Shown in pieces: positions 28,530 to 37,957 of a DNA stretch of 64,000 nt. The stretch is from contig CALIKV010000002.1 of NCBI GenBank assembly GCA_938017505.1, positions 12,742 to 76,741 on the forward strand, given 5' to 3'. The notes beneath the pieces were generated by a model. That model worked only from the letters and a program-made list of their open reading frames with translations, was not told the DNA's origin and did no database searches. Every line of letters starts with the position of its first letter. Position 1 is the stretch's first letter. The position numbers and the translations under genes are program-made. Source of the stretch: an uncultured Sulfolobales archaeon (lineage in GTDB: Archaea > Thermoproteota > Thermoprotei_A > Sulfolobales > NBVN01).

Positions 28530-29258
28530 TTGGATTTCAGTGAGTCAGTGATCGTCGCGACAACGCTAGCAACGCTTTCATACGCCTCCCTAACCGACCT
28601 GAAGCACAGGGAGGTCAAGGAGTACGTTTGGGTGCCTGCGACTGTCGTAGCAGTGATACTCAACACGCTGCTTGGGAGGTACGACCTCCTTGAGTTGTTT
28701 CTCGCCTCGCTTCCAGCGGTTTTAGTCCTGGTCCTGGCCTTGCTTGATATGATGGGTGGGGCGGACTTCCTGGCGTTGCTGGTCGTGACGCTGGCCCACC
28801 CGAGGATATACCCTAAACCAGTGACTTACCTTACGTTGACCTACTCCCTAGTAATCCCAGCGGCCTTAATCCTGCTGAATCTCGTTCAGGGATTGAGGAA
28901 CTTCAATCGCTTTAAGAGGGTGAAATGCTCCAGGGGCAGCAAGCTCATGCTGCTGTTTCTAGGGAGGCCTGCAAGGGTTGGTGACTTCCTTAGATCTAAG
29001 TTCACCTACCTGCTTACAATACCTTCAAGGCCTGGGGAAGACCTCTTCGAGTGCCGTATGTCTTTCTCGATGGACGATGCTCGTGAGGAAGGTCTTAAAG
29101 ACCGTGTTAACGAGTTAGTTAAGAGTGGCCAGCTCAGCTTTGATGACTTAATATGGGTAACTCCCGGAATGCCTCAGATAGCGTTCTACTTACTCGGCTA
29201 TATAGCGGCTTTAGTAACGCCCGAGGCTTTACTTCGCTTTATAATTCCTTCAACCTAG
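28530..29258 (+). CDS. A24 family prepilin peptidase (PibD/FlaK-like)
   Basis: SLTDLKHREV and MGGADF (GxGD-type aspartates), IWVTPGMP C-terminus. Confidence 0.85.
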   Translation: MDFSESVIVATTLATLSYASLTDLKHREVKEYVWVPATVVAVILNTLLGRYDLLELFLASLPAVLVLVLALLDMMGGADFLALLVVTLAHPRIYPKPVTYLTLTYSLVIPAALILLNLVQGLRNFNRFKRVKCSRGSKLMLLFLGRPARVGDFLRSKFTYLLTIPSRPGEDLFECRMSFSMDDAREEGLKDRVNELVKSGQLSFDDLIWVTPGMPQIAFYLLGYIAALVTPEALLRFIIPST

Positions 29259-29276
29259 TTTAAGGTAGGTGATGCG

Positions 29277-29774
29277 GTGAGTTCACACGGCACGAAGGTG
29301 CTCTGGGCTCCATGGAGGATGAGCTACATCACTAAAGGCTCTGTTGAGGGCTGTATATTCTGTAAGGCCGCAGTCGGGATTGACGAGGACAACTACGTTA
29401 TCCTAAGGTCTGGACGCGCCTTAGCAATGCTTAACGTGTTTCCCTACAACACAGCTCACGTGATGATAGCGCCCGTGAGGCATGTAGCCAGACCCGAGTT
29501 CCTGGATGCCGAGGAAGCGCTGGAGATATTCAGCGCGCTCTCCAGAGTTATCAGGGCAATCGACGAGGAGTACGGCCCTCAAGGCTATAACATAGGGGTT
29601 AACGTTGGTAGAGTCGCCGGCGCCGGCGTGGAGTCTCACATCCATGTCCACGTAGTCCCTAGATGGTTAGGTGACACCAACTTCATGACGGCGATTTCAG
29701 GCGCTAAAGTAATGCCTGAGGACTTACGTGTAACGTACTCGAGGCTTAAGAAGAGGCTCGGTCTTCAACCCTAA
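29277..29774 (+). CDS. HIT family hydrolase (FHIT/Ap4A-like)
   Basis: LWAPWRM, CIFC, HIHVHVVPRW. Confidence 0.92.
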   Translation: MSSHGTKVLWAPWRMSYITKGSVEGCIFCKAAVGIDEDNYVILRSGRALAMLNVFPYNTAHVMIAPVRHVARPEFLDAEEALEIFSALSRVIRAIDEEYGPQGYNIGVNVGRVAGAGVESHIHVHVVPRWLGDTNFMTAISGAKVMPEDLRVTYSRLKKRLGLQP

Positions 29775-30078
29775 AGCGATTCAAGACGTCTAACCAGCCT
29801 GCTTCGAAGCAAGGCATTCGGTTGAAGGGGTTCCGCGCTTCCCGCGTAAGTTGCAACGGAACTCAGAACCCAATAGCCCCAGGTCGATATATAAGGGCGG
29901 GTCAAGAACGGCTTGCGGTCTAAGAGGTCCGTTCCAACGCTCACGATGACAGGACTTAATAAAGTATTAACAAGAGCCCGAATAAAGCACGCTTACCTAC
30001 GTAGCATTTCTATAATATTAATGTTTAATTGGAACTAGTGTAGTGAGATTTAAAAAGACTAAGCAAGTTAAGTGATTT

Positions 30079-31161
30079 GTGGTGAGGTATTTGGGTAAGC
30101 CTTGGTATGTTGGTATTTGGGAGGGGCAGGATTACCTGTCTAATCTTGAGAGGACTCAGGAGGACGTGAAGCTCATTATCAACGCCGCGAGAGATCTGGA
30201 GAGGAAGTTTAAAGCCAAGGTCCCCACCCCATACCTTCAAGGTCAAACGCTCTTCATGTTCTTCTACAACAGATCATTGAGGACGAGGAATAGCTTCGAA
30301 GCCGGTATGTCTCAGTTAGGGGGGCACGCGCACTTCCTGAGCCCGCAGGACGTCTACACACCAACACTGCCTGAGGATATGGAGGCTTATAAGACTGAGG
30401 CTATAGGTGACGTAGCCAGGGTTTTAAGCAGGTACGGCAACGCAATAGCAATAAGGATCTACGCCGACGCCGCTAAGTGGCACATAGGGAGGGGTCACAG
30501 AGTCATCGAGGAGTTTGCTAAGTGGGCGTCAATACCTGTTCTGAATATGGAGGACGACGTATTCCATCCGTTCCAGTCATTAGCGGACGTCAAAGCCGCG
30601 CTAGATGTAGTGCCTAACCTGAGAGGTAAGAAGTTCGTTGTCTCCTACGCTTACTCAGGAGGTCTTAAACCGTTAGCGGTGCCTCAGGACGTAGCTATAA
30701 TGGCGGCAATGATGGGGGCTGAGGTCTGGATAGCGCACCCGCCGGGATTCGAGTTGATGGAGAACGTCATGGAGGCTGTGAGAGGGCTGGCTGATCGCTA
30801 CGGCGGTTCTGTCAGAGTGACCAGTGATATGAAGGAGGCGTTTGAGGGAGCTACCTTCGTGTATCCGAAGGCGTGGAGCCCTAAGGCGTTCTTCCCACCC
30901 TTCAGCGCTGACGGTAAAGTGCATAAGGAGGAGGCCGTGGAATATCAGAGTAGGTTTAGGAATTGGATAGTCACCAGAGAGCTTCTTGAGGAGGCTGGAC
31001 GTCCGTACTACATGCACTGCGGCCCTGCTGATAGAGGGCAGGAGGTAACGGATGAAGTGCTTGACACCTACGAGAAGTCCCTCTACTTCGAGGAAGCTGA
31101 GAATAGGTTACACGTGCAGAAGGCAGTGATGAGCATGGTGATGGGCAGCAGGTACGAGTAG
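30079..31161 (+). CDS. Knotted-type carbamoyltransferase (AOTCase/YgeW-like), substrate uncertain
   Basis: SLRT carbamoyl-phosphate motif, HPFQ, YAYSGGLKPLAVPQ, HCGPADRG, EAENRLH. Confidence 0.82.
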   Translation: MVRYLGKPWYVGIWEGQDYLSNLERTQEDVKLIINAARDLERKFKAKVPTPYLQGQTLFMFFYNRSLRTRNSFEAGMSQLGGHAHFLSPQDVYTPTLPEDMEAYKTEAIGDVARVLSRYGNAIAIRIYADAAKWHIGRGHRVIEEFAKWASIPVLNMEDDVFHPFQSLADVKAALDVVPNLRGKKFVVSYAYSGGLKPLAVPQDVAIMAAMMGAEVWIAHPPGFELMENVMEAVRGLADRYGGSVRVTSDMKEAFEGATFVYPKAWSPKAFFPPFSADGKVHKEEAVEYQSRFRNWIVTRELLEEAGRPYYMHCGPADRGQEVTDEVLDTYEKSLYFEEAENRLHVQKAVMSMVMGSRYE

Positions 31162-31172
31162 GTGATGCGTTC

Positions 31173-32135
31173 ATGACCAGGGATGAGAAATACGTACTAG
31201 TGGCGTTAGGGGGAAACGCCTTCCAAACTAAGGGCGATAAAGGAACCCCCGAGGATTACTGGAGGAACGCCTACAAGGCGGCCGAGACTATAGTTAGGAT
31301 AGTTAAAGAGGGGCACAAAGTCGTCGTCACTCACGGTAACGGGCCTCAAGTAGGGATTATAATGGAGTGGATGGAAAGGTCGAAGGATAAGATACCTCCT
31401 CTCACTATGGATATAGCTGGTGCCATGACTCAAGGCTGGTTAGGCTATCTCTTAACGCAAGCCATAAATAACCTCCTTGTCAAGGAGGGGCTCAGGACGT
31501 TGGTCAAGGGAGCTGTCTCAGTGGTTAACCAGGTAGAGGTTAGGAAGGATGACCCGGCCTGGAGCAACCCCACTAAATACGTCGGTAGTTGGTACACTGA
31601 GGAAGAGGCTAGGAAGCTGGCTGTGGAGAAGAACTGGGCTTTAAAGCCCGACCCTAGAGGCGGTTACAGGAGGGTAGTGCCGTCCCCTAACCCATTCAAC
31701 AACGTTGAGGTTGAGGCAATTAAAAGATTGGTTGATGATGGTTGGATAGTGGTGGCTTCCGGTGGTGGCGGGATACCGGTAGTCAGGAACTCTGATGAAA
31801 CCCTGCAGGGGGTCGAGGCAGTTATTGATAAGGATCTAGCCGGCGAGGTCCTAGCAACAGCACTGAGAGTGGGGACCTTCGCAATCCTAACAGACGTGAA
31901 CGGCATTTACCTGAATTTCAATAAGCCGGACCAAAGAAAGCTTGATGTGATCATGGTTTCCGAGCTAGAGAAGTACTATAGGGAAGGACACTTCGCGCCA
32001 GGGTCGATGGGACCTAAAGTGTTGGCTGCAATCAGGTTCATAAAGAACGGTGGTAAGAGAGCAACCATAGGACACCTATACGAAGGTTACGAGGTGGTTA
32101 AGGGCAAGTCAGGCACGACCGTCCTCTCTATCTAA
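31173..32135 (+). CDS. arcC: Carbamate kinase
   Basis: ALGGNA, THGNGPQVG, RRVVPSP, VIDKD, GSMGPK. Confidence 0.95.
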   Translation: MTRDEKYVLVALGGNAFQTKGDKGTPEDYWRNAYKAAETIVRIVKEGHKVVVTHGNGPQVGIIMEWMERSKDKIPPLTMDIAGAMTQGWLGYLLTQAINNLLVKEGLRTLVKGAVSVVNQVEVRKDDPAWSNPTKYVGSWYTEEEARKLAVEKNWALKPDPRGGYRRVVPSPNPFNNVEVEAIKRLVDDGWIVVASGGGGIPVVRNSDETLQGVEAVIDKDLAGEVLATALRVGTFAILTDVNGIYLNFNKPDQRKLDVIMVSELEKYYREGHFAPGSMGPKVLAAIRFIKNGGKRATIGHLYEGYEVVKGKSGTTVLSI

Positions 32136-32381
32136 ACGTTCTGAAGCTATTCCAGTTAAGAACATAGAGCAATAAAGCCTGAACACCTCATCATGCACGC
32201 ACGACACAGTGCACGCAGATAATTGCTATAGTGATATACTTCCCGCAGGGATGCCGGGAACGCTGAATGAGGCCTTCAGAGTCCCTAATCAGTTTCGACG
32301 TTAGATCACCCTTACCGCACTTAATATGTCTAAGGAGATAGAAATAACGATCCTTAATTAGTTAAGTAGGGAGGTGTTCAG

Positions 32382-33656
32382 ATGACGAAATATATAAGAA
32401 ACCTCAGGTGCTCTCGTTGCGGGAGTGAGTATGACTATAGAAGCAAACCATCGTTATGCCTCAAGAACGACTTGGGGAGGCTAGATATTAACTACGACTA
32501 CGAGTCGTTGAAGGAGTTCTACACGAGGGAGTACGTTAATGGGAAATCACTTATGAGTCAGTGGAAGTACTTCGACCTACTACCGCCGGAGAGCAGCGAG
32601 AACGTAGTTACCCTTAATGAAGGTGCTACACCGTTGATTAAAGCGCAGAGGCTAGCTGAGAGGCTCGGTCTGAGGAGGTTATGGATAAAGGACGAGACAA
32701 GGAATCCAACCGCCTCATACAAAGACCGCGGTATGTCCGTGGCGGTTAGCGTTGCTAAGGAGTTCGGTTACAGGAAACTCGCCACAGCCTCCTCAGGTAA
32801 TGCCGCAGTTGCGCTATCAGCGTACGCGGCTAGAGCTGGGATGGAGATCTACGCGTTCGTTATAGAGCAAGCCAGCTACAGCAAGGTAGCCCAGCTGCTC
32901 TTCTACGGCGCTAAAGTGGTTAGGGTGAGGGGGTTAGGCAGGGAGGATCCCACAGTTAAGATGATGAGGCTGGCCTGCGAGAAGTTCGGCTTCTTCCCCT
33001 CACCAAGCTTCGGCCCGTTCAACCCATACCAGATAGAAGGCTCGAAAACGATCTCGTACGAGATTGTCGAGCAGTTGCAGTGGAGGGTGGCTGACTGGGT
33101 CTTCGTTCCGGTCGGGGCCGCCTCCCTGCTGACAGGAGTCTGGAAGGGCTTCAGAGATTACTTTGAGTTAGGGTTGATTGACGGGTACCCTAGGCTTTTC
33201 GCCGTTCAGTCAACAGGCAATCCGCCTTTTGTTAGGGCGTTTAAAGAGGGTCAAGACCCCTTAAACATAAGGCCCTGGGACTACCCACACACCATAGCTT
33301 GGGGACTCGAGGACCCTTATCCATGGGACGGTGACGCAGGGCTTACCGCGCTCCGCGTGACAAAGGGCAATGCCGATGAGGTTGAGGACGCGCTCATAGT
33401 CGAGGCCATGAAGCTACTTGCCAGCAGCGAAGGCATATTCGCCGAGCCTTCAGGCGTAGCCTCCTTAGCAGGTTTAATGAAAGCTCTTCAGACAGGCCTC
33501 ATAGATAAAGATGAAGAGGTCGTCGTCCTAGTAACTGGTCACGGGCTTAAGGATCCGGACGTTGTTAAGGAGGTTGTAGGAGATGCCCCAACTATAAACC
33601 CGGATCTCGAAGAGCTAAGGGTAGCACTTCTTAAGAAGTACGGAGCAGCTCTTTAA
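32382..33656 (+). CDS. thrC: Threonine synthase-like PLP enzyme (fold type II)
   Basis: NPTASYKDRG (PLP lysine), ASSGNA, EGSKTISYE, TGHGLKD. Confidence 0.82.
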   Translation: MTKYIRNLRCSRCGSEYDYRSKPSLCLKNDLGRLDINYDYESLKEFYTREYVNGKSLMSQWKYFDLLPPESSENVVTLNEGATPLIKAQRLAERLGLRRLWIKDETRNPTASYKDRGMSVAVSVAKEFGYRKLATASSGNAAVALSAYAARAGMEIYAFVIEQASYSKVAQLLFYGAKVVRVRGLGREDPTVKMMRLACEKFGFFPSPSFGPFNPYQIEGSKTISYEIVEQLQWRVADWVFVPVGAASLLTGVWKGFRDYFELGLIDGYPRLFAVQSTGNPPFVRAFKEGQDPLNIRPWDYPHTIAWGLEDPYPWDGDAGLTALRVTKGNADEVEDALIVEAMKLLASSEGIFAEPSGVASLAGLMKALQTGLIDKDEEVVVLVTGHGLKDPDVVKEVVGDAPTINPDLEELRVALLKKYGAAL

Positions 33657-33947
33657 CGCTTTCCTCTTACGCCGTTTTTGATTATTGAGGCCCCTATCCC
33701 AAGTCCTAGGAGCGGAGGCTTTTTGGAACCGTTTCTATCTAGCGTTGGTTGGGCCGGTGCTCGATACGCGGCGATAAACCAGCGTCGAATGAGTGCAGGC
33801 TATTGAGGCGCAGGACATGCGAGTGTGAGAACCAACGGCAAAGCCCCTCTAGGGGTGAAGAGAGGGTTTGACTTAAGGGATCCCCTGCGTGGGGATCGTT
33901 TTTAAATCTTTACGCTGGTAATATTAATTTAGACGAGGTTTCAGTGT

Positions 33948-34958
33948 TTGAGCGATGACATAGCGGTTCCAGAATTGCTGAGAATAAACGATCACGGAGG
34001 TATAGTGTTAGGGGGTTCCCTAGTTATCGACGGTCATGATGACACCCAAGCAAGGGTGGTTACCCACATTCACAGCGATCATACTGTTGGGCTGATGAAC
34101 TCGTTGCGATGTAGACGAAGAATCATAGGCACCCCGCTCACCCTTGAGTGGCTTTCCCTCATAAACGGGTTCACAGCCCCCTCATTGCTTAACCCACTAG
34201 AGTACGGTCAGAGGTTTAGGTTAGGGGAGCTTAACGTAGTTCTCGAGAAGGCGATTCATATACCTGGGACGGCTCAGGTGTTAGTCGAACATGATGACGG
34301 AACCACTATAGGATACACCAGCGACTTCAAGAAGGTTGGCAGAGGAACGGAGATTCTCCAACCTGAGATGCTGATCATCGACGCGGTCTACGGTCATCCA
34401 TCATACGTGAGGGAGTTTGACGAATTCATCGAGACCATTCTCGCGGACTTAGTTAGCGAGTTACTTAGCAGGGGGCCTGTACACATATACGCTTACTACG
34501 GCAAGGTTCAGGAGGTAATGCATGTGTTGCGTGAGCGTGGTGTTATAGCCCCTTTCCTCCTTAACCACAAGCAATATGCCATGTCTAAGGTGGCTGAGAG
34601 GCACGGGATGAGGCTCGGCGAGTACTTCCACTCGAGTTCTCAGGAAGGTGTCGAAATAATGAGGGACGGCTGGTACGTGTATCTCACTCACTCAACTAGC
34701 TACGCTAAACTGCAACGCAATACTAAGGTAAGTCACGTTACGCTTAGTGGTTGGGAGTTCTCACATCCGTATAGAAGAATCAACGATAACAGCTACTTAG
34801 TAGCCTTCAGCGATCACTCAGACTTCAAGGAGTTAGTCGAGTACGTTGAACGCTCGAGGCCTAAGGTGTTGGTAGTTAACAACGCCAGGAGTTCTCAGGG
34901 CAGGGTTTTCGCCAGCTACGTGGCCTCAAGGCTGAATATAAGGACGTTACTGCTTTAG
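33948..34958 (+). CDS. Metallo-beta-lactamase (beta-CASP-like) nuclease
   Basis: THIHSDH, HIPG, YTSDFK, FSDHSDF. Confidence 0.85.
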   Translation: MSDDIAVPELLRINDHGGIVLGGSLVIDGHDDTQARVVTHIHSDHTVGLMNSLRCRRRIIGTPLTLEWLSLINGFTAPSLLNPLEYGQRFRLGELNVVLEKAIHIPGTAQVLVEHDDGTTIGYTSDFKKVGRGTEILQPEMLIIDAVYGHPSYVREFDEFIETILADLVSELLSRGPVHIYAYYGKVQEVMHVLRERGVIAPFLLNHKQYAMSKVAERHGMRLGEYFHSSSQEGVEIMRDGWYVYLTHSTSYAKLQRNTKVSHVTLSGWEFSHPYRRINDNSYLVAFSDHSDFKELVEYVERSRPKVLVVNNARSSQGRVFASYVASRLNIRTLLL

Positions 34959-34962
34959 GTCG

Positions 34963-35961
34963 TTAATCCCTGAGCTCCTCCTCCTTTATGGGAGGAAGCT
35001 GATCGACGAACTCCCTCAGCTCAACACCGTACTCCTTAATCAGTATTAGCAGTGAAGCCTGAGGAGGTATCACGCCTTTCTCAGTTATTATGGCGTCTAT
35101 GTATTCGGGCGGGGTCACGTCGAAGACCGGGTTAAATACCTTCACACCATGATTCTCCTTCAACCAAGCCTCATCAACTATCTCTCTAGGATCTCTCACC
35201 TCTATAGGGACTAACTCACCCAGCAACGTATAGGGACTGAACTTAAAGGTCTCTGTAGCGACGTACACACGAACCCTCGCCTCCCTCGCAATTAAAGCAA
35301 GCAACGATGTCCCTATCTTGTTAACCACCGCCCCATTCGCGACGACCGTATCCGCCCCAACCACTACTTTATCCACTTTCTTCATGTAATACCTTGCGGC
35401 GGTGTCTGGGATCAAGGTTACATCGAGACCTTCATCAGCTAACGCCTTGGCCGTTATGAGTCCCTGAAGAGCCGGACGCGTCTCCTTAACGTATACTTTG
35501 CTCACCTTCCCCATCCTATGGGCATTGGTTATCACCGAAACCGCTGCAGTGCTGTGGCAGTGGGTCATGACAACGTCGCCGTTCTCTAAGCGCTTAGCTC
35601 CTAACTCACCTATTACCTTAACGGCGTTATTTGCGTAGTTAATGAACTCATCCGCGGCACTCACAGCTATTCTCTTCCCCTCATCGACTGAGGCGAGATG
35701 ACCCCTTCTAAGCCTACTTAAGACGTACGAGACAGCGTTAGGCAATGAGACGGCTGTTGGCCTAGCGCCCCTCAAATACGCGCCTACGTAATCCATGTAG
35801 CGAAGAAACTCACTGACATCCTGCCCTCCAAATCCCTCCGCAGCCTTCCTTAAGGCAATTGCAACGTACCTGGCTATCCTACCGGCACCCCTTATACTCA
35901 TGTCCTTAATGCCGTTGTGAATCGCCACCACGTCTTCAGGTAGTCTGTATTCCTTAGTCAT
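34963..35961 (-). CDS. Ribose-1,5-bisphosphate isomerase (eIF2B-like family)
   Basis: IRGAGRIA, RPTAVSL, THCHS (catalytic Cys), GADTV, NKIGT. Confidence 0.88.
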   Translation of the reverse strand: MTKEYRLPEDVVAIHNGIKDMSIRGAGRIARYVAIALRKAAEGFGGQDVSEFLRYMDYVGAYLRGARPTAVSLPNAVSYVLSRLRRGHLASVDEGKRIAVSAADEFINYANNAVKVIGELGAKRLENGDVVMTHCHSTAAVSVITNAHRMGKVSKVYVKETRPALQGLITAKALADEGLDVTLIPDTAARYYMKKVDKVVVGADTVVANGAVVNKIGTSLLALIAREARVRVYVATETFKFSPYTLLGELVPIEVRDPREIVDEAWLKENHGVKVFNPVFDVTPPEYIDAIITEKGVIPPQASLLILIKEYGVELREFVDQLPPIKEEELRD

Positions 35962-36962
35962 AATCTCTTCACCCCCTCTAGTAAACTCTCTAACGACTTA
36001 ATCCTCGGGGGCCAGCCGTACAACTCCATAACCAGTATCGGTATGGCTTGAGGGGCTAGGACTCCTTTCTCAGTTATTATGGCGTCTATGTATTCGGGCG
36101 GGGTCACGTCGAAAACCGGGGCCCTCACTAAAACCTTGCCCGCCAGCTCCGAGAACCTCTCTTTAGGAACCACGGACTCCAGGTTTTTGAGGAAGACTTG
36201 CTCGACCAGTTCACCAAACACAGTTTCGAAGGAGAACTTATAAAGTCCTGCCAGGACGAAGAGGCGGGCTCTCGCCTCCTTCGCGGCGAGGGCTACTACT
36301 GAGGTGCCGATTTTATTGACTACAGCACCGTTGATAGCTATCGCGTCCGCACCTACGAAGACCTTGCGTACGTGCTTCATCACATACCTGACAGCGGAGT
36401 CAACTATCAACGTCGTCTCAACGCCTAAGCTGCTTACTTTGTTAGCCATCACCTTGCCCTCCCCAGTAGGCCTCGACTCAGTGGTGTAGACCCTGAACCT
36501 CACCCCCCTTGCGAGGGCCTTCTCGAACGTCTTTATCACTGTTGAGCTGTAGGAATGCGTCAATATGATGTCCTCATCCTCAATCCTCCTAGAACCTATC
36601 TCGGCAACCGCTTCCCTCACGCCTTCTAAATCCCTGATCAGCGAGTCTATCATCACAGGCGTTTCCTCTACAGCGCTTCTTAACCCGCCCTCACTAGCCG
36701 TCGCGAGGAATCTCTCAACGTACATGCGGAGGACGTTCCCGAGAACCTGTGAGGAGGGTCTAGAGGCGACTATTGAGGGGATGCCCCTTAAGAGGAAGTC
36801 CTTGAACTCAGAGCCGCATTCATACGAAGCAGCCTTTATGATCTCTAACGCGCTCACCGCAGCCTCGGTAGAGCCTAAGATCACACCACCTCCTAAGTCG
36901 CTTAGGAACTCGCTAAACTTATGACTAACCCTACCGCAGATAGCGTCCCCCACAGTAATCAC
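35958..36962 (-). CDS. eIF2B alpha/beta/delta-like paralogue lacking the catalytic Cys
   Basis: THSYS, ESRP, GADAI, NKIGT, FDVTPPEYID. Confidence 0.82.
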   Translation of the reverse strand: MITVGDAICGRVSHKFSEFLSDLGGGVILGSTEAAVSALEIIKAASYECGSEFKDFLLRGIPSIVASRPSSQVLGNVLRMYVERFLATASEGGLRSAVEETPVMIDSLIRDLEGVREAVAEIGSRRIEDEDIILTHSYSSTVIKTFEKALARGVRFRVYTTESRPTGEGKVMANKVSSLGVETTLIVDSAVRYVMKHVRKVFVGADAIAINGAVVNKIGTSVVALAAKEARARLFVLAGLYKFSFETVFGELVEQVFLKNLESVVPKERFSELAGKVLVRAPVFDVTPPEYIDAIITEKGVLAPQAIPILVMELYGWPPRIKSLESLLEGVKRL

Positions 36963-36985
36963 CTCAACTCTTCTGTATGTGTGTC

Positions 36986-37957
36986 TTAAGAGCTAATATG
37001 TCTTTCCTCAATACAGGTTTCCTTAACACAGTCCCTATACAGACCCTCTAACTCCTTCTTCGACGGTGATCCACGTGGGTCCTCCCTAGAGGCCTTTATA
37101 CCGGAAGCGCATGAAGCGTGGATCATGGACGTGATATCGTCGAAACCGCTCAGCTTATAGGCCGTGAAGACCCCTGTATACGTATCCCCGCAACCGGAGG
37201 TCGACACTAAGTTAAGTCCGAGAACCTGCGGGTCCACTGAACTCACATGAGTTAGCACGCCAAGGCCTAAGTCTATTAAGTAGGATCCCTTGTCCCCGGA
37301 TTTCACAACAAGCTTAGACCTATACCCAGCCTCCCTAAGCTTATTTAACGCCTTCAGAAGGTCATCAGTCCCAGTCATCATCAGGAGCTCTGACTCATTA
37401 GGCATGAAGTAGTCGACCCCCGCCAGCACAGGGCTTAACTTACGTAACCCCTTAGTAGCCAATATGCCGGGGTCCCAGAAGATCCTTTTCAGTAGTTGCG
37501 AGGCCTTCCTAACCAGGAACTCGGCAACGTCAAGCGGCGGGTTCATGATCAACAAACCATCAAACCTATCACCAACCCTAACTAACGCGTCGCTCACGTG
37601 CTCAACACGCAGTAACTCATTGGCACCGTAGTAGCTGTAGACGGCCGTACTGCCATCCGGCTTAACCGCTATGAATGATTGACCTGATGGAGTGCTTGAG
37701 ATCTTAACTACATGGTCAACTATAATCCCGTGGCTCCTTAGTCCCTCTACCTGCAGGCGGCCTATCTGGTCGTCGCCGACAGCCCCTAAAAACCCGACCT
37801 CCCCGAAACCCAATATCTTAGCAGCACTGACGGCAGCGTTACCTCCAGACCCGCCCAAGAACGTCTTCAGATCCCTGACGTAGGTCTTAGGAGGCGCGAA
37901 TCTCTCTACGAAGAACATCACGTCGTAGTTCAGCGAACCTGATACGAGGAGCTTCAT
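36986..37957 (-). CDS. PfkB family carbohydrate/nucleoside kinase
   Basis: GGSGGNAA, PNESE, STSGCGD (anion hole). Confidence 0.88.
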   Translation of the reverse strand: MKLLVSGSLNYDVMFFVERFAPPKTYVRDLKTFLGGSGGNAAVSAAKILGFGEVGFLGAVGDDQIGRLQVEGLRSHGIIVDHVVKISSTPSGQSFIAVKPDGSTAVYSYYGANELLRVEHVSDALVRVGDRFDGLLIMNPPLDVAEFLVRKASQLLKRIFWDPGILATKGLRKLSPVLAGVDYFMPNESELLMMTGTDDLLKALNKLREAGYRSKLVVKSGDKGSYLIDLGLGVLTHVSSVDPQVLGLNLVSTSGCGDTYTGVFTAYKLSGFDDITSMIHASCASGIKASREDPRGSPSKKELEGLYRDCVKETCIEERHISS

